A DNA stretch of 63,133 nt, the filler included, from Intoshia linei (lineage: Eukaryota; Animalia; Orthonectida): the NCBI GenBank assembly GCA_001642005.1. It is 6 parts of 6 records of this genome, joined end to end, with 100 filler letters (N's around TTAATTAATTAA, not from the genome) between each part and the next. Parts side by side here need not be neighbours in the genome. Positions count along the whole stretch, not along the records: positions 1 to 31,707 come from LWCA01000340.1; positions 31,808 to 44,075 come from LWCA01001092.1; 4 more parts are not named here. One strand, given 5' to 3'. Under the pieces are notes generated by a model. That model was not told the DNA's origin and did not search any database. It worked only from the letters and a program-made list of their open reading frames with translations. Position numbers and translations under genes: made by a program. Each line of letters begins with the position of its first letter. Within the stretch, counting starts at the first letter, position 1. This document shows, piece after piece, positions 23,575 through 36,769 of this stretch.

Positions 23575-26500
23575 TTAATGTTTAAAACTGGCATTATATT
23601 TATAAACTGAGTAAACATAAATGATTATATTGAAAATGTTTAGTATAACCATAGAAACTACTAAACATATTGCATTTTGTTTTTGTTGTGATGTTAAACT
23701 GCTTTTATTACTTTTTATAATGTAAAATTGACATATATTTCCAGTAAATCCTTTTTCACATTGACAAGTAAATGTCTCATTTTTGAGTTGAATGCATTTT
23801 CCACCAAATAGGCAAGAATCTTTGGTACAGACATCTAAATAAATAATTTTAACAGGTGGTATAATTATTAGGGTGTTTCACATTTTCTTTATGTTTGTAT
23901 ATGGAATTCAATGGTCAAAAAAGTTTTCATTAAAATTTAGTTTTGAATTGGGCACAGCATTTTTAATATTCTCATAAACACATTATATTATAACGTATAA
24001 TGTTGCATAGAATGTGTACAACTGAAATGTACACATTATATAGGCAAGTCGTAGAAGTATACATTTCATGAATAAGTTGTAGAATGTGTAAAATTTTCAT
24101 TTATATTTTAATTTTGGGTTTTAGTAATTTTTTTGAAGCAAATTTAAAGGGGAGTTTTTAGTAAATTTTTTTTGAACCAAACTTAAAGACAACCTTAAAG
24201 TTTGGGTTAAAAAAAATCTTAAAAACCACCTTGAAAGTTTGGTTCAAAAAAAATTTATTATGTCTAAGAAACGCCCTTTAAAATAAATTAAATCCCTTTC
24301 ATTTCCTTTTTAGACATTTATATATATTAATATAATTATTATATATAGAATAAGCAAATATTACTTGTTTTCCATGATGTGTATGTATTGTTATATTTGG
24401 TGTGACCTTTACATTTGTATCCATTAATAATTTGATTTATGCATATTTGATCCTTGCATGGATTATGATATGAACAGTAATTACCTAAACATTGAACTGT
24501 ATTCTGTAATTAATTTTTAGTAAATTATTTCGCAATTTTGAAAACATGTCTACAACTCGCATTTGCCTATAACGCCATCCATTTTTATATAATTTATTTT
24601 ATTAACTGGGCCATGAAAAATTTTGAAATCAAAATTATGATTAGTACATTTATTATATTTATCTGGTTATGGTCAAAAAGCCAATTTATCTTTTTTTTTT
24701 AAAAATAAAATGAGTCTTAGAATTAATTCGTTATTGATTTCGTTAATTATTGATACATAATTAATATTTTTTATTATTTATTATGACAAAATAGGTTTTT
24801 ATAATTTTATTTTTTCTGGAATTTATGCTATTTATGCAAAATTTTTAATGAGTGTTTTTACTTTATTGTTAAGATTATACAACTCATTCTGTCTAATAAA
24901 TTATTGTTTTTACTTTAGTTTGTTCTTACTTTTAATATTATACACACATGTCTAATAAATTAAAAAAATGGGATAACAATTGTTTTTAAAATTCTTTACG
25001 CAAATATTAACAAATAAAAGATTAAGATGGAATAATTCAGTTTAAAATAAAAAGTAATGTGATATGATGGTTCCACCTGAAACAAATTTGGGAACCACTC
25101 GTTTAAAGGATTGATAATAGTTAATAGTAGAATTTTTGAGTTAGATTTTCAACGTGAATTTATTTTTTTTATATAGTAAAAATATGCCCTCGACTAAGCT
25201 AAGTGCTGTTTGTATGACGTACATAACAGTCAACCTACATTATAATTATAATGTACTTGAGACCTACTTGATATGCTATAGAATCCTCCTTTCCAAGAAA
25301 TTTTATTGTAGTAATTCTGATCGTATTTTTTTTTGTTTATAACATTGAAATTACAAATTGTTTCCAATACATTTTCTTTGGTGTATAAATACTGATTAAT
25401 TTGATCATTAAATAAGTTTTTAATTATAATTTGGTTCGATTCTTGTTGATATATATTCTATGAAAAATAATGATTTATATATAATCTATATAGTATTACT
25501 ACATTATATAATTCCAAAATGAAAAAAGTTACTTTATTAATTGTTTAAAATATATAATATTTTAATGAACCCAATCTATATTTTCGCAGTCAATGTTAAT
25601 TTGCGACCCATGATCTAATCACGCCTGAATTATATGATAGTCTGTATAGTTTTACTCTATGCTTTGAGTAGCGTAATCGGGTGTATAACTCATAAAATTT
25701 TTATTTAGAGCAGCGTTCCTCAACCTTTTTTAAATTTAGCACCCCCGTTAGCCAGATCAATTATTTCCAGCACCTCTGCAAAAATAAAAAAAGATACCTT
25801 AAAATTCAACTTAAAAATCGTATTTTATTGAGATTTAAAAAATCACTCTATCGAACATAATCAATAAATAAACATAGAAGCTGTATTTGATGAGATTTAT
25901 ATTATATATGATGTCAATTAAATTAATATTTTTCTGGAATATATAAAAACAACAAAACTATGTAATTAAAAAAATATTTTAATTTACATAATAAATTTGT
26001 GATGAATCATCACTAATGATATAATTAATGAGGTTTTTGTTGTTTTTTATCGTAAACAAGTTCATCATATCTGGTTTTGTTTGAGATAAACCAACTCTCA
26101 TATCATGTGACAATTTATCTCCCAATCTATATCTACTTTTCGATTTTTGATCATTAAGACTTAATGCGAAAATTCTCCATAAATGTATTTTCATTATTTG
26201 AATGTTTTTCTAGTCGTTTTAAGAGACAAGGTTTAAGATTTGAATTACACATTATAAAATGACAGTTCATGCATTGAGCTCTATCATTCTTCTCAGTTTC
26301 TATAAGCCCAGTAATTCCATACTTTACGTATTCATTGTTCCATTTGTAAATTTTTTGCATATATCAATATACACTTATTTAAGTAATAAAATATGTTAAA
26401 TTAGATTTTTTTATTAACATTTTTTATTCAAATTTTAAAAAATAAGAATAGTTTTTCCATCACTCCTGAAATTAATTCTAGCACCCCTAAAGGTATTGCA

Positions 26501-27720
26501 TCAAAACATTTCAATATAAAGTACTCAAAATCACACCCATAAATAAATATCATATATAGTTACCGTTATGTGTTGTCGTTAAGACTTTATATTATATTAT
26601 ATAACTTTATATAAAAAAATTTACCGCACAAACATAATGATAATGAGTAATTTGGGATGTCTGTATTTTAAAAATTATAAAAGATTTCTTCTGAAATTTT
26701 AAAATTTGTTGAATTTTATATTGTGTCAAATTTATAGTATCAGTATATGTTGTTTTATTTGCATTTTCAAATGCATAGAAATCACCGGTTGCATTGATAT
26801 TTCCATATTTATATGAATATTTTAAAGGTTTTTTAATTGTATCATTATAATTTATTATGTTTTCAGAAAGTTGAATTTGCATTTCTAAAATATAATTAAC
26901 TAAAACTTTAAATAAATATAAATGCTAATCTCACAAATAACATTTTATTTTCAGGTTCAACATAATAAATAGTCTTGTTGATATAAATATATAAATACCT
27001 GCAAATTTAGACAAAACTTTAATGTAAATTTCTAAAATGTAATTCAGTATAATAAATATAATGTTTTTTATAAATTATACCATTTTCATTTTGTATCAAA
27101 ATGAAATTTTTGTATATTTGAATATATTTAATTGAATTTTGAAAGAAAAGTCTAAGTAAATCATTGCTATCATTGGATTTTTTAATTTTTTCCATTTTCA
27201 CACATTTCAATTTGTGTTTTAGGTGAACAACTAAAAATGAAAATTAAATAATTTTATATTATATATCAGCGGTGTTTATCCTCGTGCCCTTGATGAAATT
27301 TATATTTATATGATAAAAAATTTTATTTTCACTATCAAATTTATTGTAATCTAAACTATAAATTCTTGCAGATTATAAATAATTTAAAAAATGTGCCCAT
27401 CCGTCAAAAAAGCTAAGAGTCTAGCAATATATTAACATAATATGAAATTATATCGATTCGAAACGATAAAAATTATAATAAAACATACCTTTTATTTTTT
27501 CGTATATAAACAAGTAATTTTCTGAGAACGTGTAATATTCATAAAAATTTTCATTCAAAAAAACTTTACTAAGCCATTTCCCTTTTATAAATTCACCGAA
27601 ACAAACCGATGAAGAAACAACAGTAGTATTGTAAATTGAATGATTAAGATACTTTCGATTAATATCACAAGACACTTTTAAAAATGATGTAAAAATAATA
27701 ACACTAATCACATTAATCAT
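23575..27720 (-). CDS. Orphan type I membrane protein: signal peptide, unknown ectodomain, two EGF-like modules, TM helix, short tail
   Basis: Signal peptide 'MINVISVIIFTSFLKVSC'. Exons include 27720-27489, 27230-, 25457-25268, ~24484-24365 ('NYCSYHNPCKDQICINQIINGYKC') and 23835-23575 ('CTKDSCLFGGKCIQLKNETFTCQCEKGFTGNICQ' plus TM 'AICLVVSMVILNIFNIIIYVYSV'). Middle splice sites (27080-26620) are less certain. Confidence 0.75.
25711..26490 (-). mobile_element. Internally deleted hAT (Buster/Charlie-type) transposon in an intron of the EGF gene
   Basis: Terminus CAGCGTTCCTCAACC at 25711. The BED finger 'YKWNNEYVKYG..AQCMNCHFIMCNSNLKPCLLKRLEKH' (26360-26200) abuts the transposase C-terminus 'KSKSRYRL..HDMRVGLSQTKP' (26150-26070). 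The catalytic core is missing. Confidence 0.8.
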
Positions 27721-28233
27721 ATTATGATTTAAGAAATTAATTTATTTATAATTTAATGTAAAAAATTCAAACAAAGAAAGATTTAATATTTAATAATGAA
27801 AACTAAATTCGCTAATAATTGGTTAAATTAAATATATCAAATTGACCATCTTGCTAATATACTAAATTTAATGTTGTATATTGACGATAACTTTTACGTG
27901 ATAGATTATAGCTTGTATCAATATTTAATCCTCAATTTTTAATCCTCGAACCAATGATTTATAAAGAGTAATATTAATTGTAAATAAACAAATGCATAAA
28001 TCTGTAATCCCGACCAGACAAATCACACAAAATGGTCCTGTAAATCTATATATAATTATAAATGTATAAAATTAAACTTTTCATATTAGTCAAAATAATG
28101 CATTGATGTTGATCAGATTTATTACAAATACTAGCTGTTGTATAAAAAGTTAATATTTACTTTTCAATACTAAATTAATATTTATTATGCATTTCATTAA
28201 TTATTTAATTTAAATTGAAATAATTTTTACAAT

Positions 28234-30129
28234 ATGCTTCAATTTTTTTCTGTTTACCTGATACTAATATTCCTAGCCCATGAAACTCTAGAATCTCAAG
28301 TAACGGTAACATTAATCAAATTATTAGATTGTATCTGCCTTTTTATGCGACTGCATGTTAATTTTACTTTTGTATCCATCACATTATTTTTAAAAAGTTA
28401 CATTATGTTTTGTTTTAAATAGTGAACATTTTTTATCAATTTTCTTAAAACATTATAGATTCCAACGAAAGATGATGGTATAAATAATGTGAGCATACTA
28501 AATTTTAAATTAATATGCACACACTTTATTTGGTGTAAATGATTACAATACTGTTGATAATAATACTAAAATTACAAACATTTATATTTCAGATATCAAG
28601 GCATATAAATAGTTCAGGTAACTTTTATATATTTTAAACCTTTCATTTAAACAAATTTTAGTAATTTACGATAAATATTGGCTATTTGTATATGATGAAG
28701 AAACTTATCAATACTTGTACGGACGATTCATGAATAATTTTTGTTATTATTATATTAAAGGTGATTAATTGATTATTACATATACGTATAATGGTTAATT
28801 TTAATTAATTCCGTGAATATATGATTGCGTAAACATGATAAAGGTTATTTCTTTGAATTTATTTAAAATTACAAGGGTTATTGGTTGCATCGAATCTACC
28901 ATCGTTTAGAATTGATTAATTAAAGTTTTATAGTACTCGTATATAGTTAATAAGAGCTCTTTGACAGTCATAGTAAGTAGGTGGAAACTTTTAAAAAACT
29001 TTCATATAGTAATTTTAGGCAAGTTAATTTTTAATATATTCAAAATCCTACTTTTTAATTTGACTAAATTTATTTCTTGAATTTCAAGTATACTTGTCAT
29101 GATATTTGTCATAATGCTGAAAAAAGTTAATTAAAAATTAAAAGTCTCTATGAACGCAATGACGAAGCTACCGTACCGAGATCTTATCTGGGGCCTCGAC
29201 AAAACTTTTTAAAATAAGGGACTCATTTTTCCAATTTGAGCATTAAAAAAATTATATTATTGAATATCATAACTAATTTGTTTATTAAATTTAAAATATC
29301 AAGACATGCGCCTTAGATAGGTCGGTAGGGCTATATGACATATGCATAGTGTATGAAAAAAATTATAGCGTTTTTTTTTATTTTCATGTGGCCTAGAGCT
29401 GAGTATGTTCAGCTCTGCATGAACGTATTAATTTAAATAAATTTTATAGATGAAACCAACAAATACACATCACCGGTCAAATACTGCTTTAAAAGACACG
29501 AATCAGAAGAAAACATTCATAAATATGATATTACCTTGGGTCACCCCGCCAGATTTAATCATCGAGTATACATTGTAAAACCAATTAACGAAAATATTTT
29601 AAGAACGGATTATTCATTGTATCATGCACGTAATTCATATTTAAATATATGTTAATATTTATCCCGCCAATGTTCTCAAAGTGGAACATTTGGTAAGATC
29701 GGAATCGGAAATCCTAGGAGAGAAATTATTTAGGGGTTGCCTTAATTAGCATACATTCGACAACATATCTAAAATGAGAGTATGTGACCATAAAAACCGG
29801 TAACGTCGGGATAAAGTTTAAAAAGTGCCTAGGCCTCCTGATGGGTACTTCTATTCAAGACCGAGATAGTCAACAGTGGGTCCGGTTGAATGAAGATTTT
29901 AGGTCCTTATATACAAATTAACTACGTAAAAAAATATTTGACCATTGGATAATGCACCTGTTTGCTTCTCTGATATTGAAATGTCTATATATGATATTCG
30001 AGATGCATTAGCAAAACAAAGTCTCAATTAAAAATTACCGATTGTCTTAAAAAAAGAATTAAATATACATTAAGACTTAATTATTAAGTATATGTAAAAA
30101 AAATTTCATTAATTTTAGACGAATATTAA
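28234..30129 (+). CDS. Orphan small secreted protein (~135-140 aa, ~6 exons)
   Basis: Signal peptide 'MLQFFSVYLILIFLAHETLESQ|'. Phase-compatible exons follow: 'IPTKDDGINN|ISRHINSS|VIYDKYWLFVYDEETYQYLYGRFMNNFCYYYIK|DETNKYTSPVKYCFKRH..DYSLYHA|HEY*'. Confidence 0.55.
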
Positions 30130-30764
30130 CGCTTCTTAGATAATGCGACCAAAAGTACGACTTTTAGCACTGTTCCAAAGTCGTACTTTCGACATAATTT
30201 TCAAAACTAAATAAACTACATGTACAATTGTACATTGTACAACTTTTAGTACGACACAAAACATGGTCAGCCTATCTTAGACCAAGTTAATATATTATTT
30301 ATGAATTTAATTTTAGTACCATATCTTTTGTATATGGAATATAATATTTGTTAGTGGTCAGAATTTTAAACTATTAATTTTTTTTAAATCTTCACCGACT
30401 GTTCTAATTATACAAAACTTAAAGTACATTGTGTATTCCCATTTTCAAGTAAATTATTCAAAACAATTTATTCAAAAAAGCTTTCAATTTTTGATAAAGT
30501 TGATAAACGCTAAAAACAACTCTAGATATAAAATTTTTTACTTTACGTCTATATTTTCTAAAATTTGTAAAATGATTATGCCATCAACAATTGTTTTTTT
30601 AAATAATCATTTTTACTTTATGAATTAATCTTTGAAAACGCCATCAAAGCCTCTCATAAAATATCAGCCTTCTCTGACTACTACCCTTAAAAATCCACCT
30701 TAATTCAGTATCACGTTACATTTTTAATTCATTATCACAAAGTATAATATAATTTTATAGTATG

Positions 30765-31708
30765 CTAGGTTGACTGTTATGTACTACGTACAAACAGGAC
30801 CCAGCTCTGCCAAGGGCACATTTTTATTATATTTAAAAAATAAATTCACGTTCAAAATCTAACTTCAAAACCCTACAATTCACTATTATCAATTCTTTAA
30901 AGGAGTGGTTCCCAAATTTGTGTCAGGTACAACCATCATATCACATTACTTTTTACTTTAAAGTGAATTATTCCATCTTAATTTTTTTTAACAATTAAAA
31001 ATAAAGTCAATAGTAACAGTCCAATCCTAAAAATTGTCATAAATAGCAGAAATTCCAGAAAAAATAAAATTATATTAACCTATTGTCATTTTCAATGTGA
31101 TAATATACATTCATTGTGTATATTCAGTACCAATTTAATAAATACTTAAAAATACTTTTTATGTATCAATAATTATTAAGATATTAAATATAATTAACGG
31201 AATCTTCACTTTATAAAAATTTCAGTCGAATTTTAAAAAATTTGCAAAAGATTGTAATAAATACAAAAATGATATTAACAAAGTTGTTTTAGTTTCGTTG
31301 TTTAGTTTCTATTTAAATTTGTATTCAAAATATTTTGAAAATGAGAATTTGAAATTTAAAAATTGCGTAGCAATGAAAAAAATCCGTAGGAATGAATTAT
31401 ATAGATTTTAACCCATATTTTTTTTAAAATTGTAAAATCAATATTTACATTTTTAATTTTTATTTTAATCGAAATATTTGAAAAATATTGGTTGATAATA
31501 TATTAAAAGTATTTTTCACCCGGGAGTAAGTAGATTTCTCGGGTTGAATTGGGTTGAAATTTTTTATTTATATAAACTGGAATAAGCTGTATCAGAATAA
31601 TCTTCTTTTTTTAAATTTTCGGACCGTTAATTATTCCACATTTTTTGTTATTAATAAAATATTTTGAAAAAAAAATATGTGTGTTAACAGGATACACTGT
31701 ACAATAGN
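30765..31708 (-). mobile_element. Helitron-family copy (3' end at 30765, truncated by the gap)
   Basis: Begins with the reverse complement of the hairpin-CTAG 3' end. 31300-31700 matches the reverse complement of 54590-55020. Confidence 0.7.
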
Positions 31709-31807
31709 NNNNNNNNNNNNNNNNNNNNNNNNNNNNNNNNNNNNNNNNNNNTTAATTAATTAANNNNNNNNNNNNNNNNNNNNNNNNNNNNNNNNNNNNN
31801 NNNNNNN
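31709..31807. other. Artificial scaffold spacer (N-TTAATTAATTAA-N); also at 44076-44175, 58414-58513, 59818-59917 and 61447-61546
   Basis: The same palindromic 12-mer, with stops in all six frames, is centred in each ~100-nt N block. Confidence 0.95.
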
Positions 31808-33681
31808 AACCCGTGTTCCGCGGAACCCAGGGGTTCCGTGAAATATAAATGCGATATTTTTGAATTTAAAGTTTTTATAAATTACTGTTGTATGCAATGA
31901 AACATCATTTCTCAAATTTAAATTAAATAAGTTATAATAAAAGTATTATACGTTGTGAATATGGGAACCTGAAAAATGATGTTAAAAAGTAATAATAATT
32001 CAGATTATCTTTATGAGAAATATTGTAAAGAAGGTGGGTGTTTACTGGTCTAACACTCTTGAAATAATTTAAATAAGTTACTTACCTGTTTATAATGATA
32101 TTTAACTAACAAGTTATCTCTCACGGGCCTGGATGCTTCTTCGTTGTGTGAGGGAGGAAACTGGTTTTACCGGTTAAATTCCGTGTGTTATTAATTTTTT
32201 AATTAAAAATCAAATTGTTTTATATATGCGACATGCGAAAAAAACTTTTTGATCATGCTTTTAGATGCTGCGATTTTTTGAAATTTCATAAGAGTTTCGC
32301 GTAGTAAAAAAGATTGAGAAACACTGCTCTAAATGAAAAATATGTATAAATTATAGAAATATTATACAAAATAAACTATAATATACATGTCTAAATTAAT
32401 ATTAAGTTAAAAACTTTAAACGTCGTGCGCAACTCAACCCCACAATTTTTGCATATTTTAATGCTGACACATTGTTTGTAATTATAATACTAGACTAATT
32501 TTTACTAAGGCTAAGAGAGATTCCATTATGTGAAACACCCTAATGTGTATTAAACTACACTGTACTTTATAAGGACTAAAATGGTTAGCCCAATCTATGA
32601 TTTTTAATTGTTTAGACTTAAAAATTTATTAATTTAACCAAGTCAAATGATAATTGTGCATTAATAAATATTTGTTAATTTAGAAAAAGAATCGATACAG
32701 AAACAAAATATGTCAATACATTATTTAAAAAATAAAAAGAAATATATTTATATATACTATTGGATTATTGTTACATTTCCTTGCTTTTTTATAAGTATTA
32801 TATTATACATGTTAATTTATTTAAAAATTAATAATTAAATTTGTTAATATCAATAATTTTTAACGTCATAATGTACTAAAAAATATTTACAATACAAATT
32901 AATTCAAATGAAATGACCTACTTCCTTGAAAATTGAAACGACATATCAGTGAAATGTTGATTAGTATTATTATTAAAATTAATTAAATATACAAATAAAA
33001 GTTTGCTTCTAAAACGTCAATTAAAGCTAATAAATTGAAAATGTATCAAAATTTATCAAATCAATAGAAAAAATAATTGTCAATTTGTTTACAAAATGTA
33101 AGTATCATGACTTTAAAATGTTATCTGAGCGTTCACCTTTGGACATAATGGGAATTGAAAATGTAACCTATCGATTTATAATAATTTTAGTGGATTAACG
33201 ATTAATTTATTATATATCATTTTAAAATAATATCGATTCATTTGGTAAACTCAAACAAATTCCCGCAAAATTGTATAATAATTATCAATAATTAAAATTT
33301 ACAATGTTTATCTCTACTCGTCTTTTTACTTTTTCTATGAGGCTGTCTGATGTATTAAAACCAACTAATTAAAAACACGGAACAGTATATGGGTTAATGT
33401 ACAATTTAATTATTAAATGGTAAATTTAAACTTGGAAATTCACTTCTTGAATACTTTGATGTCAAACCTATTTATGTATCCACATTACAGCTAAAAACAA
33501 GAAATCAATAAATATTGAACATTTCATTGTGTAGTGACTCAAATCTAATAACAAAATTAATGCAATGTATGCATCTGTAATTCATTTTGATATTTAATAA
33601 AAATATATAAACTTAATTTAACGGCTTAGACTTTGAAATATGGACATAATGGTTAAATTTTACAATTTTACCAAAAATTAA

Positions 33682-35352
33682 ATGTTTACATTTATGAAAA
33701 TTTTGTACAAAACGACTACACAATTATGTATATTAATCGCACTTGTATATTTCAAACCACCATATCAATTTACATATGCTATACCTATTAAACCCTTTAA
33801 AAATGTGGAAAATTTTACAAAGGAATACCACAAACCAAAGATTAAAAATTTAATCAGTCAAATTCAATTACATTTAATGATTCCTAGGAGTCATTCTCAG
33901 GAACATGCTAACTATGATAAAGACGTAAAAATTGTAAATCATGTAAAGTATATTTGCTCAAATCATCATTCTAAAATTTTATCAATTTTAAAAAATTTAC
34001 ACTTATCTTTTTGTGATTATTCTAAATTAAATTCTGTTATGGATCATAAGTGTAAAAAAAATTTACAAAAAGTTAATTATGATATAAGTTTGTGTGAGAG
34101 TTGTATTTTCGATATTTTTCAAAAAGATCATAATACTGAAAGCATGTATGATGGCATGAAATCTTTAATAAGCAGAAGTAAATGCAATCAACCATATTCT
34201 ATATATGGAAATTGTGATTTGTGTTTGGTAATTTTTTAATAAGCTAATTAAACATTTAACCAATACTGGCGAGTGGGTTGACTAAAAATGCCACAAGGGT
34301 AATGTTTTATTCGCTAATTATTAGTGTAATTTCTAACATTTTTGTAATCCTTAAATAACAATGGTATATTTTCACAAGGGATGGCAACATTATCCAATGT
34401 TTTTCACATACTAAAATCCTGCAACAGGTACTGACAATAATTTAATGTTTTTAAATGTTCACGGGCGGGTGGCGCGTCGATTTATCATGTATTATTTTAC
34501 TTAAGATTGATTTTTTATATTGGTACTAACTGTTCAATGCTGCTCTCCATGTAAAATGGTTAATATATCGAAATGGGACAGGATACTGATTATTATGCAT
34601 CGGTCGTACTGAAATATCAAATTTAGAGCGGTATGAAGATTAATGAGAAATTTTGAGACCCGAACTGGTAAGAATTGGGAAATGACGGTTTATCTGGACT
34701 GTAAAACATACCTTAATAATTATTATAATCGTAGTGTTGACTCACTTATCAAACTGTTTTTAGCCTAAAAATAAATAATTAAGCGTTAATAAAAAATTCC
34801 AAGGTTCAGTCAAAAAAATGATTTAGCATTCAAAATTAAAATTTTAGAAAGCCTACAAAAAATGGTTATGTAAAGTGAATATACCTTTTTATCAAGACGA
34901 AATGAAGATTGAACCGTGTTCACAAGCCATAACTCAGATTATGCAAAGTATTTGCCCTCATTTCAAGGCTTCTCAAGATTTTCACAATATAGGAAGTTCT
35001 ATATTTACGGGTAACTTTATTATACCATAAATAGTTGTAGGTCCTAATCAACTTAAGTAATTCATAAAATAAACAATGGTCATTCAGTTTTATCAGTAAA
35101 ATTATATTTTTACTACTTTTATATACATGTAAGCTATCCTTCCTTAAAAAATATATTTAACCGATATAAACTAATGACGTATTTTGTATACTACACAAAA
35201 TTAAATACATTTTTATATTCATTCTTACATTGTTATAATAAATAAATTTAGCAAAGTTCATTTACCAAGATCGGAAGGAAAATCAATGTTATTCAGAATG
35301 TCAAATTTCTGTGGAAAAAGTAGCAAAAATATCGAGGTGCATTATAGATTAG
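33682..35352 (+). CDS. NALCN channel auxiliary factor (FAM155/NALF; NLF-1/Mid1-like), 3 exons (33682-34227, 34848-35010, 35252-35352)
   Basis: N-terminal hydrophobic segment, then a Cys-rich domain: 'SFC..L....CESC....D....Y..M..LISRSKC.QPYS..GNCDLCL|KAYKKWLC..EPC..ICPHF..GSSIF'. This matches the FAM155 pattern YS...C..C..AYK.WLC...PC...CPF...GG...F. Confidence 0.85.
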
Positions 35353-36089
35353 TTCCAAAAGTATATCACACACCTTACCACTTGGAATCCAGTCCAATTA
35401 GCCATTTTGTAAAATATTAATTTCAATACAATTTTTATTCACATTTATCTTAATGATTAATTAGATATACCGCGTACATGTCGGACAACACGTTAATTTA
35501 GGTTTGGTAAAAACGAGTTAGTTTAAAAGTGCATTTAACGTGATTTGATAATGGTTTCAATAGTAGATATATAAATATTTTTTCCTTTTCCTAAACGAAT
35601 AGATTGTAATTAATTAACCTTTTTTTAAAGGCACATAAAATAATTAAAAAAAAAATTTCAAAGCGATTTTGTATTAATTGAAGAGGACTGGTAAATAAAA
35701 AGTTTGGAACAGTTACACATATTGAGTGTAGCGCTGTAAAAAACCTTAAACCATGCATAAAAATATATTCAAATCAAAATATTTAAAATAATGTTAATTT
35801 CTATCAATTAATTAAAAACCCTTCCAAAACTAACTACTTATCGTCAAAAGTGGCTACTTTTCCGAGCGACCACTGTATTATAAAATAAAATATAATTATT
35901 TAACTTTTTATTAAAAACATTACAAATGTCTACTAATTACTATTAGATGACCATCTAAAAATTAAAACATAAATAATAAAATTACCTCTACATTCTTACA
36001 CTAAATAAAATTATTAATTAAATCATAGAATTGTAATATTTATTATTGTCGAAAATAAGTTTATAAATAACCTTTTTATTAGTCTATTG

Positions 36090-36296
36090 CAGTGTTTCTC
36101 AATCTTTTTTTCGCTGTGGACAATATTTTATTTAAAAAAAATCTGTGGACCTCCATAAATAAACATTTTTCATATGCTCGGTTGGTGAATGACATTTCAT
36201 GTTAACGAATATATGAATTTATTAGCATTCTTAATTAAATTTTTCAAACCTTTATAAAATCATTTTGTTAATTATGGACTACGGTGTGAATCACTG
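36090..36296. mobile_element. hAT (Buster-type) MITE
   Basis: CAGTGTTTCTCA...TGTGAATCACTG ends. 8-bp TSD gtctattg/gtctatcg with a central TA. Confidence 0.8.
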
Positions 36297-36769
36297 GTCT
36301 ATCGGATATAATAGATATGCACGTTTTATAAAATATTGGCTTTCTTACAAATTTACAATTTTTAAAAAGTATCCCTTTAATTCGAAATGTTGATTAAATC
36401 CCCGAAATAATTAATGAATGTGTCTATCGCATTAAGTTTGCCGTTAATTATTGACGAATTAGACTTGATTACGTATATTATAATGAAATAAACTTTATTG
36501 TTCAGATATTTCTTAAAATGTTCATTAAATCACCAATTGTTTAATAATGAATGTGCCAAAAATCCGACATTTAACATTCATTATTGACGAGTCTGACTGT
36601 ATTTTAAAGGGTGGAACAGAAAAAATTTGGCAGCTATAAATGTGAAATTTATTTAAAATCACTTAATTTGATATTAAATCTAGTTATTAAAAAATGAGTG
36701 AACGTGGTGACAACAATGCAATTAAAAATGGGAAACACTGACAATGAAACTCAATAAATATTAATAAAA

